A stretch of 64,000 nucleotides of DNA from a virus. The stretch is from positions 1-64,000 of the IMG/VR virus record IMGVR_UViG_3300025117_000061. One strand, 5' to 3'. The position numbers and the translations under genes are program-made. The notes under the pieces were generated by a model, which made no database searches, had not been told where the DNA came from, and saw only the letters and a list, made by a program, of their open reading frames with translations. Within the stretch, counting starts at the first letter, position 1, and each line of letters begins with the position of its first letter. Positions 1-8,068 of this stretch are shown in pieces.

Positions 1-90
1 GCGGGTGGAGCCACGGCTAGAGCTGTCCCAATTTACGATGAATCCGGAACGCTCCTTGGATATATTCCGGTGTATGCCGTCCAATGGTGA
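1..90 (+). CDS. C-terminal end of a probable tail fibre/virion protein (partial)
   Basis: Frame 1 reads AGGATARAVPIYDESGTLLGYIPVYAVQW*, followed by a GC hairpin. Confidence 0.45.
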   Translation, partial: AGGATARAVPIYDESGTLLGYIPVYAVQW

Positions 91-98
91 TGCATCTC

Positions 99-131
99 GG
101 GGCATCCGGCCAACCCGGAGCCCCACCCTTT
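99..131 (+). terminator. Putative intrinsic terminator
   Basis: GGGGC(A)TCCGG...CCGGAGCCCC stem then short T run, between convergent gene blocks. Confidence 0.45.
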
Positions 132-162
132 ATACAGATTCCGACCGGCCGCCGAGCTGCGC

Positions 163-283
163 GTCTAACGCTGCCCATCAACCTGATACGGCGACTGGCC
201 GGTACTTCGAAGCACAAATTTGACTCACTTAAAATCTCATCTTCGGAGGATATCCACATCAGTGGATTATGTGTCCGTTCCGG
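163..283. other. Degenerate attC-like site
   Basis: GTCTAAC...CATCAACCTGAT.....ATCAGTGGATTATG...GTT over 121 bp. Confidence 0.4.
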
Positions 284-369
284 GGTGGTCCCTGGATTTC
301 CAACTCATCGCTCGTTCTCCTTGTTGTGCACCACGTTGATTTCACAGAGGAACCCGTGGGGGCTCAACC

Positions 370-612
370 CTACAAATACACCTTCAAGGCATGCACGACG
401 CCTCGAAAGATAAAGTCTTTCGACTGCTGCTCGCGGGGCAGTTGATCGAATGGCACCATGCACGGATGCTGCTTGAGATCGGGGCGCTTCTCCGGGCCGT
501 AGGTCCATCCTTCATCGGTCTTCTGTTTCATCCAACTGATGTGGGACGCTTCCGGGCCGAAATCGCCCATCTCGTGCAGATCGACACCCATCCGGCCCGA
601 CATCTCCATCAT
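370..612 (-). CDS. RyR-repeat domain protein (N-terminally short)
   Basis: SHISWMKQKTDEGWTYGPEKRPDLKQHPCMVPFDQLPREQQSKD is the RyR repeat signature. Confidence 0.8.
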   Translation of the reverse strand: MMEMSGRMGVDLHEMGDFGPEASHISWMKQKTDEGWTYGPEKRPDLKQHPCMVPFDQLPREQQSKDFIFRGVVHALKVYL

Positions 613-630
613 CTCCCCATGCTTCTAAAC

Positions 631-852
631 TCATCCTTGCCTCCTTGGTCTTGCGGCATTGTGCCAGTCTCTCCCCTCTGGAGTCTCTTTTATCCATCGC
701 TCATACGGCAAACGGCTGTCCATCCAATCCGTTCTCGGCTGTCCACTTTGAGGCTCGGGATGATCATGAACTCTGGCCCGTTCACCATTCGGATCATACC
801 ACTCATCGCACATGGCGCAACGGGACCAACCTTTCGGAATCCAACTCCTCAT
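631..852 (-). CDS. hypothetical protein
   Basis: ORF coupled to neighbours, CxxC motif. Confidence 0.55.
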   Translation of the reverse strand: MRSWIPKGWSRCAMCDEWYDPNGERARVHDHPEPQSGQPRTDWMDSRLPYERWIKETPEGRDWHNAARPRRQG

Positions 853-1187
853 TGTCCCGCTTCTTCCTTCTTCACAACCACTTCTTGCTCTTGCCAGTCA
901 AGCTTTTTGGTAGCCACGACAACAAACCGATATTTATCACTAAACCGGAGCCCGCGCCGACACGACGGCCACGTTAAATCAACAGTCATGTTATCGAATG
1001 GGATATAGTTCGCATACGAAGCCCCAATGGTTAGATAGGATGTGTTTTCCCACCATTCGATAAAGTAGTCAATCCCACATGCTGAGAACTGGATTTTGCG
1101 CTGGAATGACTCTTCTTTTAGTGATGATCTTAATGGACGACATCCCTCCTTTTCCAGTAGATCAACTATTTCCTGGATATCTTGCAT
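849..1187 (-). CDS. hypothetical protein
   Basis: ORF with AAGGAGG SD. Confidence 0.65.
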   Translation of the reverse strand: MQDIQEIVDLLEKEGCRPLRSSLKEESFQRKIQFSACGIDYFIEWWENTSYLTIGASYANYIPFDNMTVDLTWPSCRRGLRFSDKYRFVVVATKKLDWQEQEVVVKKEEAGQ

Positions 1188-1410
1188 CTGATCCCTCCTT
1201 TTCTTTTAGAATATCACTCAACTTCCGCCGAGTGATCCCGACATACTCCCGCGCCAGTTTCGCCGGCCATTCATGACTGCTTCTCTTTTCGCCCACCATC
1301 CACCAGATTCGCTCAGAGTTTGCGACCCGACCTGATGGCGTGAGGAATGCGGTTTAGCCATCGCTGGCTTGCCCAGGACCGTCAGCGTAGCCGTTGGAGC
1401 GGGCGTTTAG

Positions 1411-1623
1411 TTACTTCTTCTTTGCTTTGATCGCCTTCCCGGCCAACAGGTTATCGACGCGCTTTTCCTGACTGGCGGGGATACCAACTGTGGTCCAATT
1501 CGCTATTGTGCGCTCTGTGACTCGTAGCTTGTCAGCCACATCCTTCCACGTACCGTATCTCTCACGCAGCGCGAGAAGTCTCAAGTCAATCGTTTTAATG
1601 CTTCTTTCCAGCTTCCGCCCCAT
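1411..1623 (-). CDS. Cro/XRE-like helix-turn-helix regulator
   Basis: TWKDVADKLRVTERTIANW HTH; AAGGAG SD; divergent to the main arm. Confidence 0.7.
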   Translation of the reverse strand: MGRKLERSIKTIDLRLLALRERYGTWKDVADKLRVTERTIANWTTVGIPASQEKRVDNLLAGKAIKAKKK

Positions 1624-1659
1624 CCTCGATCTCCTTTCAGTTTCGGTGAAAATATTAAA

Positions 1660-1745
1660 GCAGATTTCATGAAAGGTCAAATTATATTTTCATGAATTTT
1701 CCACTTGACATGCTCGTAATTTTCGCCGATTCTTTATCCACCATC
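1660..1745. promoter_or_regulatory. Divergent promoter region with palindromic operator candidates
   Basis: Two TTCATGAA palindromes (~1666, ~1689) and TTGACA at ~1705. Confidence 0.5.
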
Positions 1746-2085
1746 GAAAACAACCACAACTCAAAAGGAGGAATCTTATGGCTCCAGAAACGCCGCCGCC
1801 TCCGAGACATCGCCCATGAATCTAGGCGACGAAACCGAGCATCCTGAAAACACTGGCTCTTCAGAGCCGTCAAGAATGTGGGGGCATCGAGGGCACGAGG
1901 AACGGATGACAAAATGAGATGGAAACGCATTCTTATTTTCATGCTTATTCGCACCCGCTAAGTGAGCGACCTGGACCCCCGCTTTAAAACCTGCCGCAAA
2001 AACAGAGCGGCGCCGGAGCGGGTAACCGGACTCGATTCCCCTGCGAGTGTCAGGGGTAATCTAACCACACAAAAGGAGAAGAACC

Positions 2086-2370
2086 ATGTATGAAGGGGAA
2101 GCATTACGAGCAGAAACATCGAAAGTAGAGGAATCCATGGAGTTCCACTCTTTACTCAGGAGAACCACCGAGGTCACCGAACAGGCCACAAGTGTTAGGA
2201 TCGACGCCAATCGAAAGATCAATGTGCTTGTTGGTCCGCGACTGGAAGAGAGCAACAAAGCCATTGACAAGGCTCCTAAACCGTCCAGCCTTTACGGTGA
2301 GGTTCTGTCCCTACTGGACTCTATCTCTCAGTCCCTCAACTCCATTTCCAGTCAGATCGGCCGGCTGTAG
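2086..2370 (+). CDS. hypothetical protein
   Basis: AAGGAG SD, helical composition. Confidence 0.7.
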   Translation: MYEGEALRAETSKVEESMEFHSLLRRTTEVTEQATSVRIDANRKINVLVGPRLEESNKAIDKAPKPSSLYGEVLSLLDSISQSLNSISSQIGRL

Positions 2371-2440
2371 CGTAGCCAAGATCAGATCATCGCAAGGGCA
2401 GCTCCGACGTGGGGCCGCTCATAAAAGGAAGGGGAAACCA

Positions 2441-2611
2441 TTGAGAGCCGTATTGTTTCTTTCGGCTATGTTGCTTGTAGATGCTATTGAGAAGGCTACG
2501 GTTTTAGCTACAGGGAAAGAGTGGCCACCGGTTCCAGAGGGCGTCACGGGTGGATCATTAGTTATGTTGGCCGTCTTCTTTATTATGGATTTCATTGAAT
2601 TATTAAAATAA
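2441..2611 (+). CDS. small membrane protein
   Basis: TTG start after GGGG SD, two hydrophobic segments. Confidence 0.5.
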   Translation: MRAVLFLSAMLLVDAIEKATVLATGKEWPPVPEGVTGGSLVMLAVFFIMDFIELLK

Positions 2612-2627
2612 GACGGGGGGGGGGTAG

Positions 2628-2795
2628 ATGATTGAGTTCCTATCAAACCATCCAGGATATGTCGGGTTCATTGTGGGGGTGTTTGTCGGCGCCCCGATTG
2701 GAGTCCTTGCTGTGTGCCTGCTACAGATGGCGGCTATTGGGTCAAGGTCACAGGAGGATGATGGGGCTCGGGGTAATCCGGTCGATGGTACATAG
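2628..2795 (+). CDS. small membrane protein
   Basis: MIEFLSNHPGYVGFIVGVFVGAPIGVLAVCLLQMA...; preceded by a G10 run. Confidence 0.55.
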   Translation: MIEFLSNHPGYVGFIVGVFVGAPIGVLAVCLLQMAAIGSRSQEDDGARGNPVDGT

Positions 2796-2814
2796 AAAAA
2801 TAGGGGGGGTATTT

Positions 2815-3375
2815 GTGTCTGTAGAATTGAAGTCAACTAACCCAATGATTCTTCTTCATGGCGCAGGTCCATCCGGAGTCATGTGCCGTCATTGTGACCA
2901 TCTTGATCCGGGCAAGGTCAAGGGTAACGCCCATTGCAAGAGGGCCGCAGAGCACACGACCGGACCCGAGTGGAAGCAGTACCGTAAGGGTGGTCATCGG
3001 CTCATGTGGGCACCGTGCTCCTTGTTCTCGGGAGAGACGAGCTATACTTACGTCTGCTCTGGTCCGTGCGGCAAAGAACACACAATCAGCCTTATCGCAA
3101 AAGGCGCACGCAGATTCACCGGATGGTGCAAAGCTTGTGGTGAAATCTCCGGGAAGGCCAAGAGGGACAAGGCGAAGAAGTCATTGGTGCTTCCTGAGTT
3201 CAATGGGTGTCATCCGGTCAAGACTTTTCGAGAGGGAAACCGATGCCCTCAAGAATGTGAAAACAGGCCGTTGTGCTTAAACTATACGGCTAAACGGGAT
3301 TGGCCCGGATTCAAAGCCAGCAAGAAGGAGGGGGGTTATGACTCAGTTCGACAAAGTAAGACATATCATCATTGA
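2815..3375 (+). CDS. Cys-rich (zinc-binding) hypothetical protein
   Basis: Multiple CxxC motifs. Confidence 0.6.
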   Translation: MSVELKSTNPMILLHGAGPSGVMCRHCDHLDPGKVKGNAHCKRAAEHTTGPEWKQYRKGGHRLMWAPCSLFSGETSYTYVCSGPCGKEHTISLIAKGARRFTGWCKACGEISGKAKRDKAKKSLVLPEFNGCHPVKTFREGNRCPQECENRPLCLNYTAKRDWPGFKASKKEGGYDSVRQSKTYHH

Positions 3376-3826
3376 CATTGGAGAAGGCGTACCGTTTACG
3401 GTTGACTCAATTGTAAAGAAAGATGGGGATCTGGCTCGCGTTACAGTTTCATCGTACATGAGCAAACTCAAGAATGCAGGGGCACTCAAGAAACAAGAGA
3501 TAGGGTACGTCTGCGAAGACTTGGATCGAATCACGTTCTTTGGGAAGTGTTCGTCTAAAGATGTTCAATCTCAACCCACCAACCCCGTGACGCCCATCCC
3601 CACCAACGGGACCGGACTCGATGCGTTGAAAGACATGGTGGAAAGCCTGGACTGGCTCATTAATGAGCACATTCCCGCGCTTGAGGCCAAGAATCAGAAG
3701 CTTAACGAAGAGAACCGATCCATGTACTGCTTTCTTAACAAGTTCACGGGACAACTCAGCAAGGCCAAAGAGATCCGCATGGCCACGGCAAGGGAAGAGG
3801 ACGACAAAGAAGCTATTGTGAATTAG
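3338..3826 (+). CDS. putative winged-HTH plus coiled-coil protein
   Basis: FTVDSIVKK...VTVSSYMSKLKNAGAL then heptad-like C-terminus. Confidence 0.55.
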   Translation: MTQFDKVRHIIIDIGEGVPFTVDSIVKKDGDLARVTVSSYMSKLKNAGALKKQEIGYVCEDLDRITFFGKCSSKDVQSQPTNPVTPIPTNGTGLDALKDMVESLDWLINEHIPALEAKNQKLNEENRSMYCFLNKFTGQLSKAKEIRMATAREEDDKEAIVN

Positions 3827-3845
3827 GAGAAAAGGGAGGGGAACA

Positions 3846-4028
3846 ATGACGTGCCCAGTTTGCAAGCAAGGAGTCAAGCGTCTCAAAGCCATAGCGCTCT
3901 TGGTGGTCACTAACGGCCAGCATCAACGAGCCTCGGCAGGGGTGAGTTGCCCGAAGTGCGGAGACATGTTCGTCGTGGCAAGGACCGTTGACCATGGTCA
4001 GGCGAAGCACAAGTGGAGGGTCGCATGA
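3846..4028 (+). CDS. zinc-ribbon protein
   Basis: CPVC...CPKC. Confidence 0.55.
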   Translation: MTCPVCKQGVKRLKAIALLVVTNGQHQRASAGVSCPKCGDMFVVARTVDHGQAKHKWRVA

Positions 4029-4273
4029 ACAGAATCGAGTGGAACGGAAAACCGGCAGACCATATCAACCAGATGGCAGAACATTGGGGCAATTCTGGTA
4101 ATGGACATCATTGTGAGTCGTGCGAAAGATCGGACGGCCTTCACGATTACCACGAACAAAGTTCACCGGAAAACGAGATCACCAGGCTCCGCAAAGCCCT
4201 GGCCGACATTCTTGGCTGCTCGTCCCTCAGAAAAGCATGGGGCGTGGCAGAGGAGGCATTGAAAGATGCTTGA
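4025..4273 (+). CDS. hypothetical protein
   Basis: ATGA overlap, GGAGG SD. Confidence 0.55.
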   Translation: MNRIEWNGKPADHINQMAEHWGNSGNGHHCESCERSDGLHDYHEQSSPENEITRLRKALADILGCSSLRKAWGVAEEALKDA

Positions 4274-4526
4274 GAACATAACAACGGAAGAATTGAGGGC
4301 CGAACTGGATCGCAGGGAGAATGCAGAGAAAGAGATTGCCAAGCCCAAACAGCTTGAGTCCATGGATTTCACAGCCCTTCGCAGTCTATGTCAACGCTAC
4401 ATAGACGACATAGACAAAGTTGGCGGATACGTTGATGAAAATTACCGTCACTACATCTATGAGACAGCTATCTCTGCCATCTTTGGGAAGGGAGTGTGGG
4501 AATGGATCAATCAAAAGAGAAAGTAA
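4266..4526 (+). CDS. hypothetical phage protein
   Basis: MLENITTEELRAELDRRE-type N-terminus common in phage ORFs. Confidence 0.65.
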   Translation: MLENITTEELRAELDRRENAEKEIAKPKQLESMDFTALRSLCQRYIDDIDKVGGYVDENYRHYIYETAISAIFGKGVWEWINQKRK

Positions 4527-4777
4527 CGTTGGCAGTCGGTGCCTTTCTGACCTTCGTTCTCATGGTCATATTCGTGTCCGCTGGCTTCTTCGTCGGCTAC
4601 GGCATGGCAGGCGGAAGGGACAAGTGCGATGCTCAAGCATACGTTGAACGGTGCGAAACTATGCGACAACACGCAATAGTCAACTCTGATTCAGAGGTTC
4701 TAACTCGCGCCGTTATACTGGTTGTCGATTACATTCAGCAAGTCAAGACGCCTGGGTTTCATGGGGAATTGCCATAA
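4496..4777 (+). CDS. single-TM protein
   Basis: Hydrophobic N-terminal helix; start uncertain. Confidence 0.5.
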   Translation: MGMDQSKEKVTLAVGAFLTFVLMVIFVSAGFFVGYGMAGGRDKCDAQAYVERCETMRQHAIVNSDSEVLTRAVILVVDYIQQVKTPGFHGELP

Positions 4778-4804
4778 CGCCCATCGGCGCAGCTTGAAGG
4801 GGAA

Positions 4805-5023
4805 GTGATGTTGATCGTAGTCCCAAACGGAGCATGGGTGGGACGTCTTCTCGGCACCCCGTCACGATGGCGCGGGCCGGCCACGCACGCCATAGATCCG
4901 CTTGATCCAGCCAAGACCCTATGTGGGAAGAATCCAGAGGGGTGGGACTACGAGGACGGTGATATTGGAATCGTTTCATGCAAGGTGTGCAGAAAAAAGA
5001 TTGGAAGGGGAAGCGATGATTGA
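4805..5023 (+). CDS. hypothetical protein
   Basis: THA...TLCG...CKVC zinc-like motif. Confidence 0.5.
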   Translation: MMLIVVPNGAWVGRLLGTPSRWRGPATHAIDPLDPAKTLCGKNPEGWDYEDGDIGIVSCKVCRKKIGRGSDD

Positions 5024-5270
5024 GAAAAAGTTCCTGTGTGATTTATGTCGGAAGAAACACGAGATAAGATGCATGGACGGCCCCAATCGAATGATAGGGA
5101 TTCTCTGGACGCCCCTTAATGCGTTAGTGGAGTGCCCACCAAAACAATCAGAGCATCACCTACCCGGCAACGAGTGATCGCCAATGCCCTCGATGTAAGG
5201 CGACGGTGAAGCGATGACAAGCCGGCCGGCGCGTCGGCATAAAAAAACTTACGAAAGGAGAAGAATCTTT

Positions 5271-5471
5271 ATGGATACAAGAACAGGCGAAATCCACGAT
5301 TTCCCGTACGAGAAAATGATGGAGCACATGGATTCCATAGACCGGAAATACATGATGCAGCTCAACCCAACACTTGAACAGACCGAGAAACGGAAGGTGG
5401 GCAGGAACGAACCGTGCCCGTGTGGGTCAGGAAAGAAATTCAAACGGTGTCATCTTGGAAAGCCGGCATAG
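5271..5471 (+). CDS. SEC-C motif protein
   Basis: [20 protein letters not shown]. Confidence 0.85.
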   Translation: MDTRTGEIHDFPYEKMMEHMDSIDRKYMMQLNPTLEQTEKRKVGRNEPCPCGSGKKFKRCHLGKPA

Positions 5472-5477
5472 GGAGCA

Positions 5478-5666
5478 ATGAGCATGAACGAAAACGATTG
5501 GATCTATGAGTTGGCCCGAAAAGCCTATGAGGCCTACTGCGAATCGACGGGATGGAAAAGCGCGGTCACCGGTGCAGATCTTCCTCTGTTCGATAATTGC
5601 CCCGGCGCGGTCAAAAAAGGGTGGGTCGCGGTGGCCGAAAAGATGCTTTTGGAGATCGGAAAATAG
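5478..5666 (+). CDS. hypothetical protein
   Basis: ARKAYEAY...GWVAVA, similar to the N-terminus of 10592-10921. Confidence 0.6.
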   Translation: MSMNENDWIYELARKAYEAYCESTGWKSAVTGADLPLFDNCPGAVKKGWVAVAEKMLLEIGK

Positions 5667-5792
5667 CCGGCAGGGGTGTCGGCGGGAGGATGAGAATGGA
5701 GTTCTGGCCGGTATACTTTGGAGCACAAATAGCTGTGCATGTCGGGCTCGCTGCCGCATATTTTATTTGGTTTAGTTAGCCGGGAGGATGAG

Positions 5793-5993
5793 ATGAAAAT
5801 GGGTTGGCCCAGAGGTCGCTACAATGGATGCAGAATCGAGGGGTTCAAGGTGTGCGTCTCGATGCACGTTTTGAGCTGGCGATTTGTCCCGCTCCTGACG
5901 TGGAATTTTGGAGAGCTCGTGTTTATCTGGCTGTGCTTCACGATTCGGGCAAAGTGCGAGTATGAATATCGAAGCCATCAAGCGGGGGAATGA
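5793..5993 (+). CDS. hypothetical protein
   Basis: GGAGG SD, coupled ORF. Confidence 0.5.
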   Translation: MKMGWPRGRYNGCRIEGFKVCVSMHVLSWRFVPLLTWNFGELVFIWLCFTIRAKCEYEYRSHQAGE

Positions 5994-6193
5994 GAATGGA
6001 AGACCAGAAACGATACACAGTACCACACCCGGAGATCGACAAGCGCCATCCCTACTTACGGAAACCCTCATACGGAGATTCAGCCCGAGCGGTGCGACAA
6101 CTGCGGGCGAGAACGGTCGAGACGGCGTGGAAGGATTGCCACTTTTGCGGGCACTGCTTGCGGAGCTGCGGATGACATCAGGAAGAAAAATAT

Positions 6194-6451
6194 ATGGCCG
6201 AAAAAGCAGTAACGGTAACACAGTCGGTCAGAATCACTTACGACGAATCGAAGTTCACCGAAGAGTGGATGGCTGAATTCAGGTCGTATATGTATTCTTT
6301 TGAGACCATTGACAATCATCTGAAATACTTATCGCAATTAGCAGCCGTGGGGATTTGGGTCAACACCGATAGTTTCCTTGAAGGCTACGGAATAGCCAAA
6401 GACTTTGGCCTAAATTTCGAGATTGAGGATATTGAGACGGAGATTGAGTAA
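6194..6451 (+). CDS. hypothetical protein
   Basis: Acidic ORF with protein-like composition. Confidence 0.6.
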   Translation: MAEKAVTVTQSVRITYDESKFTEEWMAEFRSYMYSFETIDNHLKYLSQLAAVGIWVNTDSFLEGYGIAKDFGLNFEIEDIETEIE

Positions 6452-6477
6452 CCCAACATCAAAGGAGAGTAACCAAC

Positions 6478-6834
6478 ATGAGCACCCACCCGAATGTAAT
6501 CTTGATGGTTGTTATAACGCCGGAAGGTCTGTCCAGAAAGACCATGAAAAAAATTTTGGCCGATAACGGCATTGACGATCCAGAAGGAGAGATAACCATC
6601 GGAACAGAGCAGTACAGATTTATTGTCATGGAAGAGACTTACGACAAGTCAAACCAAATAGAGGCCAAGGAGGGAGACCTAATATTTTTCGATCTTGTGA
6701 CCTATGGGTATGGCGAATCCATCACATGGTCGAACCTTCAGGAAAGGAAGGAAGCATTGGAGCGGTGGGCTTTCGAAACGAGCGGGAAGCACCACTGTTC
6801 CTTTGAAATCAGAGTTTCCGCTAACTATTGGTAA
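6478..6834 (+). CDS. hypothetical protein
   Basis: AAGGAG SD. Confidence 0.7.
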   Translation: MSTHPNVILMVVITPEGLSRKTMKKILADNGIDDPEGEITIGTEQYRFIVMEETYDKSNQIEAKEGDLIFFDLVTYGYGESITWSNLQERKEALERWAFETSGKHHCSFEIRVSANYW

Positions 6835-6844
6835 AGGAGACGCC

Positions 6845-7027
6845 ATGCCAACATTCGTACAAGTTTCACGCCCAGGTATGGGCAGCTACACCGACGAACT
6901 AAAGAACCTCCCCAATATTCTGCAAGGAGAATTTGAGCAGAAGGACGTGGGCGCCAAGGTTTCTTTTGAGTTCGTCGCAATGACACAGGAAGAGTTTGAT
7001 TCTCTGCCCGAATTCACTGGATGGTGA
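6845..7027 (+). CDS. hypothetical protein
   Basis: AAGGAG SD; C-terminal MTQEEFDSLPEFTGW typical of a phage family. Confidence 0.65.
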   Translation: MPTFVQVSRPGMGSYTDELKNLPNILQGEFEQKDVGAKVSFEFVAMTQEEFDSLPEFTGW

Positions 7028-7055
7028 TTTAACTTACAGCAAAGGAGAGGACAGA

Positions 7056-7292
7056 ATGCCACTTTGTGAGTGCTCCAATTGGGCAAGAGAAAGTTCAAAG
7101 GTCTTCACGGACCATCATCCCAGGTGCCAACAGTATGATCCAGAAGGAGATGCCTTCAAGATTGTTGTGGCCCTGATTGAAGGTATTGACGCTTGGGCCG
7201 GAGATGAAGACGGAGTGCATCCCGATTGTTGGGGTGCCTATAAAATGGCAGAGGCTTTTGTTGGTCGAATCCCCAAGAACAGGGGAGAATAG
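7056..7292 (+). CDS. hypothetical protein
   Basis: SD; CEC..HHPRC motif. Confidence 0.65.
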   Translation: MPLCECSNWARESSKVFTDHHPRCQQYDPEGDAFKIVVALIEGIDAWAGDEDGVHPDCWGAYKMAEAFVGRIPKNRGE

Positions 7293-7330
7293 GAGGAATT
7301 TTCACTTGTGTTTCTAGCGCGATTCTTCTC

Positions 7331-7490
7331 TTGCGATTCGTACATTCCCGTGCTAATATGGTTGTACCAAATTAAGCACGGGAGCCTCCGTTATGGCATT
7401 TTTTATTTGCAGACAATTATTTAGCGCCAAGGGAGGCGGTAGCCGAAAGGCCCGCGGGCTTTGCTTAAGCCTGGCATCCCCTTGGCGCTT
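7331..7490 (+). ncRNA. Promoter plus c4-antisense-like structured leader
   Basis: TTGCGA-N17-TAATAT; outer stem AGCGCCAAGGG/CCCTTGGCGCT with GCCGAAAGGC arm; loop TGCTTAA complementary to upstream TTAAGCA. Confidence 0.5.
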
Positions 7491-7514
7491 TTTATTTTTC
7501 TGGGGGAGACAATT

Positions 7515-8054
7515 ATGCCGAAAAACAATGATGAGATAAGCCTGTATCGCACCTGGAACACAATGAAGCAACGGTGTTACAATGCTAAGAGTAAAGATTA
7601 TAAATACTATGGTGCAAGGGGTATCGCTATTTGTGAGGAATGGAGAAACAGTTTTCATATCTTCAAGAAAGACATGGGGCTGAGGCCTTCTCCAGGTCAC
7701 ACCATAGACAGGATCAACAACGACGGTAATTATTGTCTCGAAAATTGTAGATGGGCGACACGTCGGGAGCAAAACGAGAACCGTAAGCCCAACCACAGTT
7801 CCACCCGTAGACCTTACTGTAAGCATATTCCTTCATCTCTACGAAGGGGAGTAAAAATATCCTACCAAATAGCCAGCCAAATAAGGGCATCAAGGGCCGA
7901 CGGCGTCTCCGTCAAGGACCTACATAAAATATATAAGATCAGTAGTCAGATGATTTCCCTGATATTATTAAATCGTTGCTGGCACACCGAACTTCCTGCG
8001 GGGCACATATTTCTTGACGTGGACGGGAACCAACCGCACCACACGGGGGCATAG
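7515..8054 (+). CDS. HNH homing-endonuclease-like protein
   Basis: YRTWNTMKQRCYN...YGARGI...TIDRINNDGNYCLENCRWAT. Confidence 0.85.
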   Translation: MPKNNDEISLYRTWNTMKQRCYNAKSKDYKYYGARGIAICEEWRNSFHIFKKDMGLRPSPGHTIDRINNDGNYCLENCRWATRREQNENRKPNHSSTRRPYCKHIPSSLRRGVKISYQIASQIRASRADGVSVKDLHKIYKISSQMISLILLNRCWHTELPAGHIFLDVDGNQPHHTGA

Positions 8055-8068
8055 TTGGAGGATGAGCA

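Noticed and set aside
391-1008. 205-aa plus-strand ORF
   Set aside because: Antisense to three coupled minus-strand genes, including the RyR domain.
2355-2420. tRNA-like start GGCTGTAGCGTAGCC
   Set aside because: No T-arm GTTCRA or closable cloverleaf; no tRNA recognised anywhere in the window.
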